DNA of 53,225 nucleotides from an uncultured archaeon (GCA_964631415.1 CAZVZC010000003.1:1-53225); one strand, 5' to 3'; positions 10,040-20,882 are shown, counted from the stretch's first letter. Notes: a model not told the origin generated them from the letters alone. Numbers and translations: made by a program.

Positions 10040-10165
10040 GCATGTAGCAAACGGAACCTCTCGGCACTTCTGGATGCATCGCCCGGAGTTCATGCGGCTT
10101 GACGCTGATTCACGCTTGAATGTGTTCAGAGTGACTGCGGAGTCGGAACTCTCGGTGGACGCAGG

Positions 10166-11515
10166 CTACGCCTTTCTGATTCTCTTCTCAAGACCCGCCA
10201 ACCCCTTTGAGTCCTCGCCTTCTCTGAACTTCTCAGCGGCCTCTTTGTATTTTGTGAGCGCTTCTCTTGTCTCTCCGCTTTTCGCCAATGTGTCACCCTC
10301 GGACTCGAGCTCTCTTCCCCATGCACTATAACTCTCGCGTGCCTTCTCAGCACATCTTGCTCTCTTCCTTGGATCGGTGCTGAACATGTACAATTCACGA
10401 GCCTTCTTGAACTGCACAACTGCCCACTCATATTGTCCATCCTTCAGATGACGCTCCCCCTGAACGATGTGAGACTCAGCCATGGCGTCATAGCCCTCAT
10501 TCGCTCTTCTTGTGCTCTCCTCCACCATCTTGCTATTGCCTGCTCTCTCGAACAGCTTCTTCGCTATCTCGAATGACTCAATGGCCTTCTCGTACTCATT
10601 CTCTTTTATCTTACTAAGACCATTTTCCAGTCTGGCCTTAGCCATTGCCTCGTAGACGTATGGAGGATAGTCGAATCCGTCCTGAGTCACTGCAGCACCA
10701 CATTGAGGACACGTCGGAGCCTCCATCTCGACGACCGTGAGGTCAGCCCCAATCCTCGTGGGTTTTCCAACGACGGCATCGATGAACTGCCGGCTTGTGA
10801 CCCCTCTTCCCTGCGGGAACAGATGTGCCACGGCTCGTCTCGTGGGTTCGTCTTCGGCGCCGGAGGGTGTTTCCTCCGTGGTAGGACCGGGGTGGGGTGC
10901 ACCCTCTTCTGACACCACCCTAGGGGGCTCAATCTCTTGGAAGGGGTTGCCCTCCTTCACATCCTCGGGTTCCATTTCTGGGATACGATCAGAGTACTCC
11001 CACGTGAGAGCTGACTCTCCTCTCTCACCAACACGGGAAGATTCATCTCGTGCTGGAACACGTGCTTCTTCCGGAACGAGCGCGGCCGGCGACTCTGTCG
11101 GCCTAGATTCTGCCTCCATATCCAGTGGAGGAAGGAAGGCTTCATCCGAAACAGGTGTTTGGGGCTTTGCGGCCTCTGCAAGACCAACCGGAACCTCTTT
11201 GCTGTCAATCTCTAGCTCCTCGAGTTCCGATTCATCGAGTTCAGGGAGAGTCGCAAGTTCTTCATCTTCTCTCGGACCGGTTTCTTTGGCTTGGGGCTCC
11301 TCTTCACCCCCCAGCATGCCAAGCATCCGTTCCTCAAGGTTTGAAAGATTCGGAGCTTTGGTTCCTTCTGCTGGAGGAACAATCTCTTCTTGTATGCTCG
11401 CGATGGATCCCTCTGCGGCGGCAGCCTCGCTCAGCTTGTAGCCGCAATGGAAACAATGTGTGGAGCCCTTGCCAACGCGGGAACCACACTTCGGACAGAC
11501 AGGTTGGTCCTGCAA
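10166..11515 (-). CDS. Zinc-ribbon + acidic linker + TPR-like repeat protein
   Basis: CPKC..CFHC at the N-terminus, internal CPQC, and helical repeats (YEKAIESFEIAKKLF, YEWAVVQFKKARELY). Probable TTG start at 11515. Confidence 0.75.
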   Translation of the reverse strand: MQDQPVCPKCGSRVGKGSTHCFHCGYKLSEAAAAEGSIASIQEEIVPPAEGTKAPNLSNLEERMLGMLGGEEEPQAKETGPREDEELATLPELDESELEELEIDSKEVPVGLAEAAKPQTPVSDEAFLPPLDMEAESRPTESPAALVPEEARVPARDESSRVGERGESALTWEYSDRIPEMEPEDVKEGNPFQEIEPPRVVSEEGAPHPGPTTEETPSGAEDEPTRRAVAHLFPQGRGVTSRQFIDAVVGKPTRIGADLTVVEMEAPTCPQCGAAVTQDGFDYPPYVYEAMAKARLENGLSKIKENEYEKAIESFEIAKKLFERAGNSKMVEESTRRANEGYDAMAESHIVQGERHLKDGQYEWAVVQFKKARELYMFSTDPRKRARCAEKARESYSAWGRELESEGDTLAKSGETREALTKYKEAAEKFREGEDSKGLAGLEKRIRKA

Positions 11516-11750
11516 CTTGAACTTGCCACCTATGCAAGCAAGTGGCACGCGTGACAATATGAATGCTTTTTGTGTATGGGCAACCTCAAAGCTGACCACG
11601 CAAGGAGGCATCCTCTAGCCATCATAGCCATCGATGAGCGCACTACAGAGTCCGGAATCTTGGAACAACCTACCGACGGGTCAGATGCATGTCTTCTTGG
11701 TTTCGGAGGGATTACTCTGAAATGAGGCCGTGAACGGCCCCTTTAGGAAT

Positions 11751-12386
11751 CTAGCCTGTGTAGAGAAGAGCATAGACAAAGTATGTCACGATTGCACCGA
11801 TGACTAGGCCAGCCACAGACTGAGCGAGTGTGTGTTGCTTCAGGAAGGTCCGCGCCCACACAACAGCGACCCACAGGGCAAGCACCGGGACGGCCAGCAC
11901 CCCATAGACGTAGAGCAATGCTGCCCCCGGACCACCCACGCCTGCCGCGTGTACAGACACCTTTGTGCGGAGCGTGGAGATCATCACCGCGAGAGTGACT
12001 CCGAAGTAAGCAGCAGCCAAGACACTCATCAGGCCACATTGAAAGAACCAGTAGACGACGTATGCCAACGCATAGCACACAAGAGAGAACATGAAGAATC
12101 TCAATCGCATCTCTCTGGTTGACACATCGAGGTCGACCTTGCCACGCCATGCCTGAAACACTATCGGGGACAGCGGCAGAACCACCATCAAAGCCAGACA
12201 TATGAGCACGACAGAGAGGGGATTGAGGTACGGTCCAAGAGATTCGGGAGGAAAGTAGGACATTATGAGTGTAACGTAGAGGTTTACGAATGGGGCAGGC
12301 ACTACCCGGGAGATGGCACGGGCCAGCAAAACACGTCTACCCGTGAGTCCTAGCGTTTCGTCGTAGTATTTCACCGGGAGCACCAA
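11751..12386 (-). CDS. PAP2-like membrane protein
   Basis: About 6 TM segments with KVSVHAAG and WAR...QHTLAQ motifs. Confidence 0.6.
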   Translation of the reverse strand: MVLPVKYYDETLGLTGRRVLLARAISRVVPAPFVNLYVTLIMSYFPPESLGPYLNPLSVVLICLALMVVLPLSPIVFQAWRGKVDLDVSTREMRLRFFMFSLVCYALAYVVYWFFQCGLMSVLAAAYFGVTLAVMISTLRTKVSVHAAGVGGPGAALLYVYGVLAVPVLALWVAVVWARTFLKQHTLAQSVAGLVIGAIVTYFVYALLYTG

Positions 12387-12581
12387 CCTTACATCGTGCC
12401 CGTAAGAGGGCCCTCTTTATCCTTTGTCCCTCTATCAATGCCCTAAGGAGCAAGTACTTGGTTTTGAGCAAGAATGCTTCCTAGACCTGAAGGTTCGCCC
12501 CACATTCGCACAATGGTTATATTGTACATGCGCAAGTCTGCGATAAGAGGAGTCTACTGACCTCTCACGGATGTGCACACA

Positions 12582-12890
12582 ATGCCCGCAATGCCAAAGC
12601 GCGAGATCTTCGAGAGGATTATCCAAAACATCACAAGCAAGTTCCCTGATGTCTATGCCGCTCTGTTCATAAGCCCTGAAGGCTTCACCATAAACAGCTG
12701 GGGACTCAGCCCGGAGAGATGCGAAGAGGTTTCTGCCCTTCTCGGAGCATTGATTGGCAAGACTAAGGAGGTAATGGGCCAGATGATGAGGGGAGGTGAC
12801 CTCCTGTTTATCCAAGTCCAGACATCCATGGGTGGAATACGTATTGCTCCTCAGGACGAGTTCATCCTAGTCACAATGACTCATAGCTAG
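12582..12890 (+). CDS. Roadblock/LC7 domain protein
   Basis: About 100 aa with AALFISPEGFTINS, VSALLGAL and terminal beta strands. Start is 12582 or 12591. Confidence 0.8.
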   Translation: MPAMPKREIFERIIQNITSKFPDVYAALFISPEGFTINSWGLSPERCEEVSALLGALIGKTKEVMGQMMRGGDLLFIQVQTSMGGIRIAPQDEFILVTMTHS

Positions 12891-12967
12891 AGTGTACGTG
12901 CCCGCGAGCATTTCGGCGACACGCAAACTAATATACCAGAACCCGACCCATCATAGCGGGTTGAGAT

Positions 12968-13897
12968 GTGACTTCTGATGCTTTCAGCACAAACGCTCTG
13001 TCGAAGCTGTATGGCAAGACCCTAGCTCTCGATGATGTGACGGTAGGAGCGCCCAAGAGGGCAGTTGGTCTGCTGGGACCGAATGGGGCTGGCAAGACTA
13101 CTCTTATCCGAATCCTCATGGGAATCATCCGGTACTCTTCTGGATCTATCAGTGTGCTAGGTCGAAAGATGCCGGAGTCTATCAAGGAAATCCGCGATCA
13201 CATTGGTTATTCACCGGAGTTCTCGCCCATAATGCCTGATGTCAGTGCGCAGAAGTATGTGACCTTCATGGGGAGGCTTTCTGGCCTGGACTCTGTTGAG
13301 GCGGCTCAGAGAGCACACGACACCCTGCATTATGTCGGCCTTGCAGAGGAACGATACAGACACCTCAGAGAGTTCAGCACGGGAATGATGCAGAAGTGCA
13401 AGCTTGCGGCAGCCCTTATTCACGACCCTGAACTCGTGATACTCGACGAGCCAACTGATGGGCTGGACCCCAACGGACGGCATCAGATGCTCGAGCTCAT
13501 CAAGAAGCTCTACCAAGAGGAAGGCAAGAGCATCTTACTTTCATCGCACTTGCTGTTCGATGTTGAACGAGTGTGCGACTGGGTGGTCGTCCTAGGTCAG
13601 GGGAAGGTAATCGCGAACGGAGAGGTGTCACAGATGCTTGCGGACACCTCCGGTGCAGTGAGGGTCAAGGTTTCAGGAGACCCTCAGAAGCTGCTAGAGA
13701 GACTCAAGTCTAGGGGACTTGAGGGTCAACTCGATGGGCAAAACCTGGATGTCCAGAGAACTGACAACGTTGAAATGATCATCCTTGAGGAGATACACAA
13801 AGAGCCAAGTCTGACTCTGCGCTACCTCGGGCGCAAGACTCGCAGTCTTGAGGACGCGTTCATGGCACTTGTTGAAGGTAGGAGTGATATGGAGTGA
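12968..13897 (+). CDS. ABC transporter ATP-binding protein
   Basis: GPNGAGKTT, FSTGM and ILDEPT. Confidence 0.93.
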   Translation: MTSDAFSTNALSKLYGKTLALDDVTVGAPKRAVGLLGPNGAGKTTLIRILMGIIRYSSGSISVLGRKMPESIKEIRDHIGYSPEFSPIMPDVSAQKYVTFMGRLSGLDSVEAAQRAHDTLHYVGLAEERYRHLREFSTGMMQKCKLAAALIHDPELVILDEPTDGLDPNGRHQMLELIKKLYQEEGKSILLSSHLLFDVERVCDWVVVLGQGKVIANGEVSQMLADTSGAVRVKVSGDPQKLLERLKSRGLEGQLDGQNLDVQRTDNVEMIILEEIHKEPSLTLRYLGRKTRSLEDAFMALVEGRSDME

Positions 13898-14883
13898 GCG
13901 ACCAATCCGAGCACGAAACCTATGTGAGGAAGTTTAGCTTCAGACCTTTCTCAGGGGTACGTAGGGGCAGACTGTACCGAGTGTTCGCCATAGGCTGGTT
14001 CAATCTTGTTGAATCAGTGAGGAGGTCCGGATTCACCAAGTTCCTTCTCTTCATGATGGTGATCAGTCTCATTATCCAAGACGTAGTGCCAATCGTGATG
14101 ACCAGGTTTCTTGCGCCCGGGTACCTTGAGTATCTTGGGATCACGGTCAACGACCTGTTCCGCGGAGTGTATACCGAGTCCGTTCTCGGTATGGTCGCCC
14201 TGACAAACCGCATCGGCGTCGACTTCATGTCGGGTTTCTCATTGTTCAGCTTCACGTCCATAGGAACTAGTTTGATGTGGCTTCTCCTCCTTTCGATTAT
14301 AGGTGGAGGCCTAGTCGCCGATGACAAGCTATTCAGAACAACGGAGGCATACTACTCAAGGGTTTCCCGCTTTGAGTATATCATAGGAAAGCTGCTCAGT
14401 CTAGTCATCTTCTCGACCCTTGTGATCACACTGCCAGCGGCTCTTCAGTACACATTGCTGACAATGGGACTCAACACGAGCTTTGCTGCCAATGCCGACC
14501 TCTTGCTTTGGGCCATCGGTTTCACTACAATGGCAGCAGTCGCTCTCAGCCTTCTTATGCTCTCGATTTCAAGCTTGACGAAACGAAGAGGAGTAGCCAC
14601 CTTGGTGCTTTTCATATTCGCTATCGTCATGTCAGGTCTCCCCAGCGCATTCGGTTCATTGTACGCGAGTGACTCACCCACGCTTCTGATTGACTTTGTG
14701 GGTTGCATCGCAATGATTGGAACAATGATGCTCGGCCGCAGCTACATTATCGTCAACGGTTCACGTGTTGATTTCTACAATGGGAGCGGACTTGAAGGTT
14801 ACATGGTTGTGGCTGTCGTCGGACTCGTCTTTCTGATCGGGTTCCTGATACTGTTCATGAACCTTCTCAGGAGGGACGCATAG
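13894..14883 (+). CDS. ABC-2 type permease
   Basis: Multiple TM segments, SRFEYIIGK, GTGA overlap with the ATPase gene. Confidence 0.85.
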   Translation: MSDQSEHETYVRKFSFRPFSGVRRGRLYRVFAIGWFNLVESVRRSGFTKFLLFMMVISLIIQDVVPIVMTRFLAPGYLEYLGITVNDLFRGVYTESVLGMVALTNRIGVDFMSGFSLFSFTSIGTSLMWLLLLSIIGGGLVADDKLFRTTEAYYSRVSRFEYIIGKLLSLVIFSTLVITLPAALQYTLLTMGLNTSFAANADLLLWAIGFTTMAAVALSLLMLSISSLTKRRGVATLVLFIFAIVMSGLPSAFGSLYASDSPTLLIDFVGCIAMIGTMMLGRSYIIVNGSRVDFYNGSGLEGYMVVAVVGLVFLIGFLILFMNLLRRDA

Positions 14884-15827
14884 TGCCTGCAATTCATCTC
14901 GATGAGGTTTCCAAACAGTATGGCGAGGTCATCGCTCTCAGCAGGTTCAACATGGGTGTGACCGAGGGATCCATCACAGGCTTCGTCGGGCCAAACGGGG
15001 CAGGGAAGTCTACATCCATACGGATAATCACTGGCCTGACTCGTCACGATACGGGCAAGGTGACAGTCTTTGGAGAGGACCCTTACGACAACGTTGCCAT
15101 CAAGAGGCGAATGGGATACGTGTCCGAACATGACGATCTCTACTCTTGGGCCACAGTGAGATCATCTGTGAGGCAGCTGACACGCATCAATCTGCCTTGG
15201 GCGAAGGACATCAACTCAATTGTCGACAAGGCGATCAACGACGTGGGCATGGCCAAGTTTGCAGACCGAAAGGTTGCCGCACTCTCAAAAGGCATGAAGC
15301 AGAGGACAAAGATCGCGGCAGCTCTTGCGCACGACCCTGATTTGCTGATTCTCGATGAGCCTCTTGGAGGACTCGATCCACTTGGACGCAGGCATATGAT
15401 GGACTTACTGAAGAGGCTGAATCAAGAGCGAGGAGTGACGGTCCTTGTTTCGAGTCACATATTGGAGGAACTGGAGCAACTCGTCAACAGGATCACGCTG
15501 ATACACCGCGGCCAGGCCGTGGCAGAGGGAGACCCTGACAAGATTCGGAGCCTTCTCTACCAGTACCCTCACGAAGTGGTGTTCCACTCGAAGCCAGACA
15601 ACCTCAAGTCAGTCGCGAGTGGTCTTGTTGAGCTTGAAGGAATCGTCAGGTCGATGTCGTTTGCTGAAGCGGGCTCAGGTCTCTTGGAGTGCCGAGTTGT
15701 CACACCACAGCTTGAGCAGTTCTACCGTGAGCTGGTCCGAATCTCAGTGGAAAAGCGTGCGCCGATTGTCGATGTCGACACGGTTTCGGAGAGTGTTGAA
15801 AGACTCTTCGAATTCCTTGTAGCGTAG
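14883..15827 (+). CDS. ABC transporter ATP-binding protein
   Basis: GPNGAGKST, LSKGM and ILDEP. TAGTG overlap. Confidence 0.93.
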   Translation: MPAIHLDEVSKQYGEVIALSRFNMGVTEGSITGFVGPNGAGKSTSIRIITGLTRHDTGKVTVFGEDPYDNVAIKRRMGYVSEHDDLYSWATVRSSVRQLTRINLPWAKDINSIVDKAINDVGMAKFADRKVAALSKGMKQRTKIAAALAHDPDLLILDEPLGGLDPLGRRHMMDLLKRLNQERGVTVLVSSHILEELEQLVNRITLIHRGQAVAEGDPDKIRSLLYQYPHEVVFHSKPDNLKSVASGLVELEGIVRSMSFAEAGSGLLECRVVTPQLEQFYRELVRISVEKRAPIVDVDTVSESVERLFEFLVA

Positions 15828-15837
15828 GTGGTCAAAG

Positions 15838-16662
15838 ATGGCGACTCAATCTTCATCCAGCGAGAGTTCGGTCAACGAAGCCGGAACGACATTCAAGTCC
15901 GTGTTGGGAAGAGGGTTCTCGTTGCTGACCCTTTTCGTTATCGGTTTCTTCAAGGACCGAAAGGGACAGTTGATGCTCGCGCTTAGCGTTTTGCCAGTGG
16001 TCATGATAATCGTGACTAGAATCGTGCCCAACACACCTTATCCAGCTATGCTGCTGTATATCGACACGATAGGGATGGTGTATGGAGCACTCCTCGTCCC
16101 ATTGCTCGGTCTGTTATTGGGCATGGCTGCTCTGAGCGACGAGATAGAGTCACACACGATTGTGCAGCTTGTGAGCAGGCCTATCACTCGCGTGGAAATC
16201 CTCGTCTGGAGGTATATTGCGACTCTCGTTGCAGGCACATTCATGCTCATGATCGCAACGTGCCTTCTTTTCGGTTGGTTCGCTCTTGTCGCAGGTCTTG
16301 ATGCCAATTACATGACTCTGGATCTACTCCCTCGGACTTGGAGCTTCATTGGTCTCTGTAACGCGGTCTACTGCTCTATCTTCATGCTATTGGGAATCGC
16401 ATTGAAGAGGCCGCTCTTCTGGGGCGTGATTGTGGCGTTATACGAACAGCTACTCGGGGTCATATTCAGCTTCATAGGCGGAGCAGCCTACTCGCTATCA
16501 GCACACATAAGGAATGTCGGAACAACCATATTCCTTCACACACCCGGCAACTGGTCAATCTCAGATTGGACACCTGAAACGTCTGGATTCCTCCTGTTTG
16601 TATTACTGGTGGGGTCGCTAGTATTGGCCGCATTCTTGTTTAGAGCCAAGGACCTTTCATAG
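15838..16662 (+). CDS. ABC-2 type permease
   Basis: About 6 TM segments, SDEIESHT...RPITR and C-terminal KDL. Confidence 0.85.
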   Translation: MATQSSSSESSVNEAGTTFKSVLGRGFSLLTLFVIGFFKDRKGQLMLALSVLPVVMIIVTRIVPNTPYPAMLLYIDTIGMVYGALLVPLLGLLLGMAALSDEIESHTIVQLVSRPITRVEILVWRYIATLVAGTFMLMIATCLLFGWFALVAGLDANYMTLDLLPRTWSFIGLCNAVYCSIFMLLGIALKRPLFWGVIVALYEQLLGVIFSFIGGAAYSLSAHIRNVGTTIFLHTPGNWSISDWTPETSGFLLFVLLVGSLVLAAFLFRAKDLS

Positions 16663-16882
16663 AGCTAGCTCACCTGGGCGTGCATCGAGCATTCAGAACA
16701 AGATATGAACGTCCCGAAGGAGAATTCTGTATTCAGAACGCCTCGCAGTGAACAGAACGGTCTAGGGATGTGCGGGTCTACATCGTACACTAGTGCTCCT
16801 TTTATATCTGCTAGACCGATACAATCATAACTGAACGCTTTGTCAAGCTGAAGCAAAGTCGACCTAACACCCGAGGGAGGTC

Positions 16883-17947
16883 GTGACTATTCCACCTGAG
16901 AAGGATGACGACGAAAAAGAAGATGCGGATTACGAGGATTTCGAAGGCGCCGAGGCCGGCGCGCCGAAAGAACCCGGCGAGGGTACCGTTGAATCTGGAA
17001 CCGCCATAACTGGTATGGACGTGACAGACCTTCCTGGGGTCGGTCCTGCCATCGCAAAACGCTTGGCTGAGGCTGGCTACAAGAGCGTCGAAGCAATCGC
17101 CGTAGCATCTCCGCCCGAACTTGCTGCCGCTGGCTCAATAGGAGAAACCACTGCAACCAAGATCATCAAAGCTGCGAGAGAGATGTTGGACATCGGTTTC
17201 GAAACTGCTGATCTCCTCTTAGAGCGACGCCGCAACGCTGGCCGCATTACCACCGGTTCGAAAGCGTTGGACGAAATGCTCGGCGGTGGCTTCGAAACTC
17301 AGAGCATCACGGAGATCTATGGGTCTTTCCGGTCCGGGAAGACTCAGATCGCTCATCAGCTTGCAGTGAACGTTCAGCTGCCGCCTGAGAAGGGTGGCCT
17401 CTCTGGGACGGCAATCTATGTTGACACAGAAGGCACCTTCAGGCCCGAACGGTTGGTTGACATGGCCGAAGCCGTGGGACTGGAACCCGCGAAGGTCCTC
17501 AAGAATGTCGTGTGGGCACGTGCCTACAACTCCGATCACCAGATACTCTTGTGCGACCAAGCCATGGAGATGGCTCAAGAGAAGAGTGCCAAGCTCTTGG
17601 TCGTCGACTCTGTCACCAGTCACTTCAGGGCCGAGTACACTGGCCGAGGTACGCTTGCCGCAAGACAGCAGAAGCTGAACAAGCACCTCCATCATCTCAT
17701 GAGAGGTGCTGAGATAAACAACATGGCAGTCTACATCACGAATCAGGTCATGTCTCGTCCTGACGCCTTCTTTGGAGACCCCACAGCACCTGTCGGCGGG
17801 CACGTTCTTGCACATGTACCCCAGACTCGGTGCTACATAAGGAAGTCAAAGGGTGAACGGAGAATATGCCGCCTCGTTGACTCACCGAGCCTGCCCGAGG
17901 GCGAGGCCGTATTCACAGTGGTCAAAGACGGAATAAGGGACGTCTAG
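16883..17947 (+). CDS. radA: DNA repair and recombination protein RadA
   Basis: N-terminal HhH domain, GFETA polymerisation motif, [24 protein letters not shown] and GGHVLAH. SD GGAGG. Confidence 0.96.
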   Translation: MTIPPEKDDDEKEDADYEDFEGAEAGAPKEPGEGTVESGTAITGMDVTDLPGVGPAIAKRLAEAGYKSVEAIAVASPPELAAAGSIGETTATKIIKAAREMLDIGFETADLLLERRRNAGRITTGSKALDEMLGGGFETQSITEIYGSFRSGKTQIAHQLAVNVQLPPEKGGLSGTAIYVDTEGTFRPERLVDMAEAVGLEPAKVLKNVVWARAYNSDHQILLCDQAMEMAQEKSAKLLVVDSVTSHFRAEYTGRGTLAARQQKLNKHLHHLMRGAEINNMAVYITNQVMSRPDAFFGDPTAPVGGHVLAHVPQTRCYIRKSKGERRICRLVDSPSLPEGEAVFTVVKDGIRDV

Positions 17948-17999
17948 TGTGCAAACCGCCGAAACACGAGGTTTCTGTTTCCAGCAAGCACAGTGTTCG

Positions 18000-19355
18000 T
18001 CACTCGAAATGCGCTGACTGCAGTATGTTGTCCACTGAACGAACCCAGCTGTCAAAGCCCTCAGGACCCACAGGATAGTTGAGGTAGGCCTTGTTCATCT
18101 TCTTCATGAGACTTGCGGCTCTCTGGAGCTTCATGAGAAGACCAAGACGCCCACTAGACCGTTTGACACGACGCAGTTTCTCCGCAATGCCGAGAGAGAA
18201 ACCATCGCCTCGGTTCGCACTCATAAGATCCTCTGCTTCCAGAAGACGCCTATCGAATCCGAAGTCCATATCATCGTCGCCCACATCCTGCAAGAGCCTT
18301 CGGAATATCTCGAGAGATGCGAGTCTTCTCCCGTAGTCTGAAAGGAACCTGCTGTTGTAATCCCAGAGACCCTCAGCAGACACATCACCCTTCGCAATTG
18401 CCTCCTTAGCAACCTCACCTAGGATTATTCCTGCGCGCATGCCAGGCCCAATGCCGCCACCGTGAATGGGATTCACTTGGAGAGCAGCGTCGCCGACAAA
18501 GGCAACACCGTCAGCGACCAAGCTCATCAGCGGCCGCCTCACCGGCACCGCGCCGCCTCCGCCTTCTAGCTCCTGACTCCCAAAAAGGAGAGGGTATTCT
18601 GCCTTTATCTTCAAGAAGTACGATTTTGGGGATCCTCGACTCTCTCCTCCCGTTATTCCGATGCCAGCATTGACCTCGCTGACTCCTCTTGGAAACACCC
18701 AAGCATAACCGGCGGGTGCCACTCTTGCTCCAAGGAACACCCGAGCCACATTCGGCTCCGCAAGAGGCATCTTCAGGCGAAGGAATTCTCTGTAACAGAG
18801 GGCTATGTCAGTCTTGGCTATGTGCTTCTCAACTAGTGGGTTGTCGAGCTTGCTTCTGATCACTCCCGCAAATCCGCTTGCATCCACGACAAGCTTGGCC
18901 GCTACTGTTGTGATGCCTCCAGTATCAGGCTCTCGGTACTCAACCCCAATGACCTTGCCATCCTTAACCACCGGTCCATTGACATGACAGTTGGGGTGGA
19001 AGACCACGCCTTCGTTCACTGCCGCCTTGAGCAGTCTTTGTCCGAAGCTGGCTCTGTTCAACATCCATCCATCGAACTCAGTCCATCCACGGACCTTGAG
19101 CTCTCTCTCCATGCTAGGAGGGTACACATCAGCACCTGTTATGATATTCGCAATCTCTTCACCTTGCGGGTATTCTATACCTGTAGCATCAAAGTGCGAT
19201 CTGCTCACCTCATCACCGCATACCTTCTGGCCTACGAGCGGCTGAGGCTTCCTATCTAAGAGCAGGGTCTTGAGACCCATCTCCGCACATCGGTGGGCGG
19301 TGACACATCCTGCGCTGCCCGCACCGACAACAACGACCTCAACTCTCTTCAACAT
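18000..19355 (-). CDS. Geranylgeranyl reductase family (DGGGPL reductase-like)
   Basis: GAGSAG, KVCGD, GYAWVFP and GDAA..VNPIHGGGI. Confidence 0.88.
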   Translation of the reverse strand: MLKRVEVVVVGAGSAGCVTAHRCAEMGLKTLLLDRKPQPLVGQKVCGDEVSRSHFDATGIEYPQGEEIANIITGADVYPPSMERELKVRGWTEFDGWMLNRASFGQRLLKAAVNEGVVFHPNCHVNGPVVKDGKVIGVEYREPDTGGITTVAAKLVVDASGFAGVIRSKLDNPLVEKHIAKTDIALCYREFLRLKMPLAEPNVARVFLGARVAPAGYAWVFPRGVSEVNAGIGITGGESRGSPKSYFLKIKAEYPLLFGSQELEGGGGAVPVRRPLMSLVADGVAFVGDAALQVNPIHGGGIGPGMRAGIILGEVAKEAIAKGDVSAEGLWDYNSRFLSDYGRRLASLEIFRRLLQDVGDDDMDFGFDRRLLEAEDLMSANRGDGFSLGIAEKLRRVKRSSGRLGLLMKLQRAASLMKKMNKAYLNYPVGPEGFDSWVRSVDNILQSAHFE

Positions 19356-19545
19356 CAGTCATCGTGTCTAAATCGGTGGCCGTTATAAACATCAATGTCT
19401 AGCGGCCTATTCTCCAAGAGCATGAACCAGCTCTTCTCTTCATGAACTGGTGAATCGGATTCGAAACATCCTTCCAAAACGATGAAGAAGCCTTCCTGTT
19501 TCGTCGTCAGCCCAGACAGCCGGGCATAGTGATTGAACAGACTGT

Positions 19546-20082
19546 CTAGACATGCTTGAACTCTATAATGACGATCGAAACGATCACCATAGCCACAATG
19601 ACACCGATGACAGGCGGCATCCAGTTCAGAAAGACTCCGAAGTAGAACAATATGGTACCCGGATCAAGCGCGATGGTCAGTACGTGTGCGTAGGTGAAAA
19701 GGAAGCCGTACACTGCGAACACAGGGTAGAAAATCGGGCCGCCTGTTATGACCAATAGGAGGACGACCACCGCAAGTCTGCTCTTGGTCGGGTCAAGGAT
19801 CTTCAAGGGTATGAGCTCTTCATCGCTGAACTGGAAATAGTAGGCTATTAGGAATGAGGGCATCTTCATTCGAACCAGCTCCAAAACCTGGATGCCGAGC
19901 TGTATTGACAGAAGCATGAATGTGTGAACAACCATGGAAACAAGGAGGAGTACATTCAGGAAGGGGAGGTCTTGCTGAAAGAGCTTGAAGCTCTCGATGA
20001 TGCCTACCAAAACACAGAAGTTGATGAAGAAGAGAACGAAGTGGCCAATAGCACCCTTCACGATTTGTCTGCGAGCAACCAT
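19546..20082 (-). CDS. Hypothetical multi-pass membrane protein
   Basis: About 4 hydrophobic segments, co-oriented directly downstream of the GTPase gene. Confidence 0.7.
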   Translation of the reverse strand: MVARRQIVKGAIGHFVLFFINFCVLVGIIESFKLFQQDLPFLNVLLLVSMVVHTFMLLSIQLGIQVLELVRMKMPSFLIAYYFQFSDEELIPLKILDPTKSRLAVVVLLLVITGGPIFYPVFAVYGFLFTYAHVLTIALDPGTILFYFGVFLNWMPPVIGVIVAMVIVSIVIIEFKHV

Positions 20083-20107
20083 AAGATCGCACTCCCATCA
20101 TAAGTAA

Positions 20108-20716
20108 CTAGGTGATCTTCGATGGTCGAGTCGTGCGAATCGCTTCTGCGCTCTGGTCTGCGGTACCGATAGGCCCAAGATGACGCTGCTTCTCCATTGC
20201 TCGCAGAACCAAATCCGTGAACAGAGTGCTGACGTTCTCTCCAGTCTTGGCAGAGGTTTCGTAGTGGAGAACGTCTAGCCATTTCTGGACCATTTGGCCT
20301 GCCTCGTGGGGGACAAGCCTGTCAGGTCTGTCGATTTTGTTAGCAACCACGGCGACCACGGCGTTCGGACAGACAGTGATGAACTTGGTGAACCATTCGC
20401 CTATATCGAGGAAAGTCTGGGGACGAGTGACATCATATACGATGATTGCCATCGAGGCTCCTGCCATGTATCTACGTCGCAATTCATTGTATGTGGGCTG
20501 CCCCGCAAGATCCCAAAGGACGACTCGAGCGGTGACTTTCGACCCGGTTGGACTAGTCACCTCAACCGTCTTCAGAGCGAAAGTGGTACCAATGGTCATA
20601 ATGTACTTCTCGCTGAAGCTGTCCTCCGTGTACCTCTTGATGCAGCTTGTCTTTCCCACGGCTCCGTCACCTAGGGCGACGAGCTTGAACATATGGGAAA
20701 CAGGCTCAGAGGACAA
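20108..20716 (-). CDS. Rab-like small GTPase
   Basis: GDGAVGKT, TIG, WDLAGQ, NKID and ETSAK. Probable TTG start near 20716. Confidence 0.92.
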   Translation of the reverse strand: MSSEPVSHMFKLVALGDGAVGKTSCIKRYTEDSFSEKYIMTIGTTFALKTVEVTSPTGSKVTARVVLWDLAGQPTYNELRRRYMAGASMAIIVYDVTRPQTFLDIGEWFTKFITVCPNAVVAVVANKIDRPDRLVPHEAGQMVQKWLDVLHYETSAKTGENVSTLFTDLVLRAMEKQRHLGPIGTADQSAEAIRTTRPSKIT

Positions 20717-20882
20717 ACAGGTCACTTCCTTGCGTTCGCAGTTACACCGGAGGGTACCGGATGCCATTTAACGCTTCTAGCAAAACCCTAAAGATATATC
20801 TGTGCGGTATATCGCAAGCTATCAGACAAATGCTTTTCTTGGGACTGTTGCTAGGTGGTCCCACACCAAGTGGTGAGCAAAG

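Noticed and set aside
329-11664. CCGGAATCTTGGA shared by two intergenic regions (~329 and ~11652)
   Set aside because: Only two copies, with no mobile-element context, so plausibly chance.
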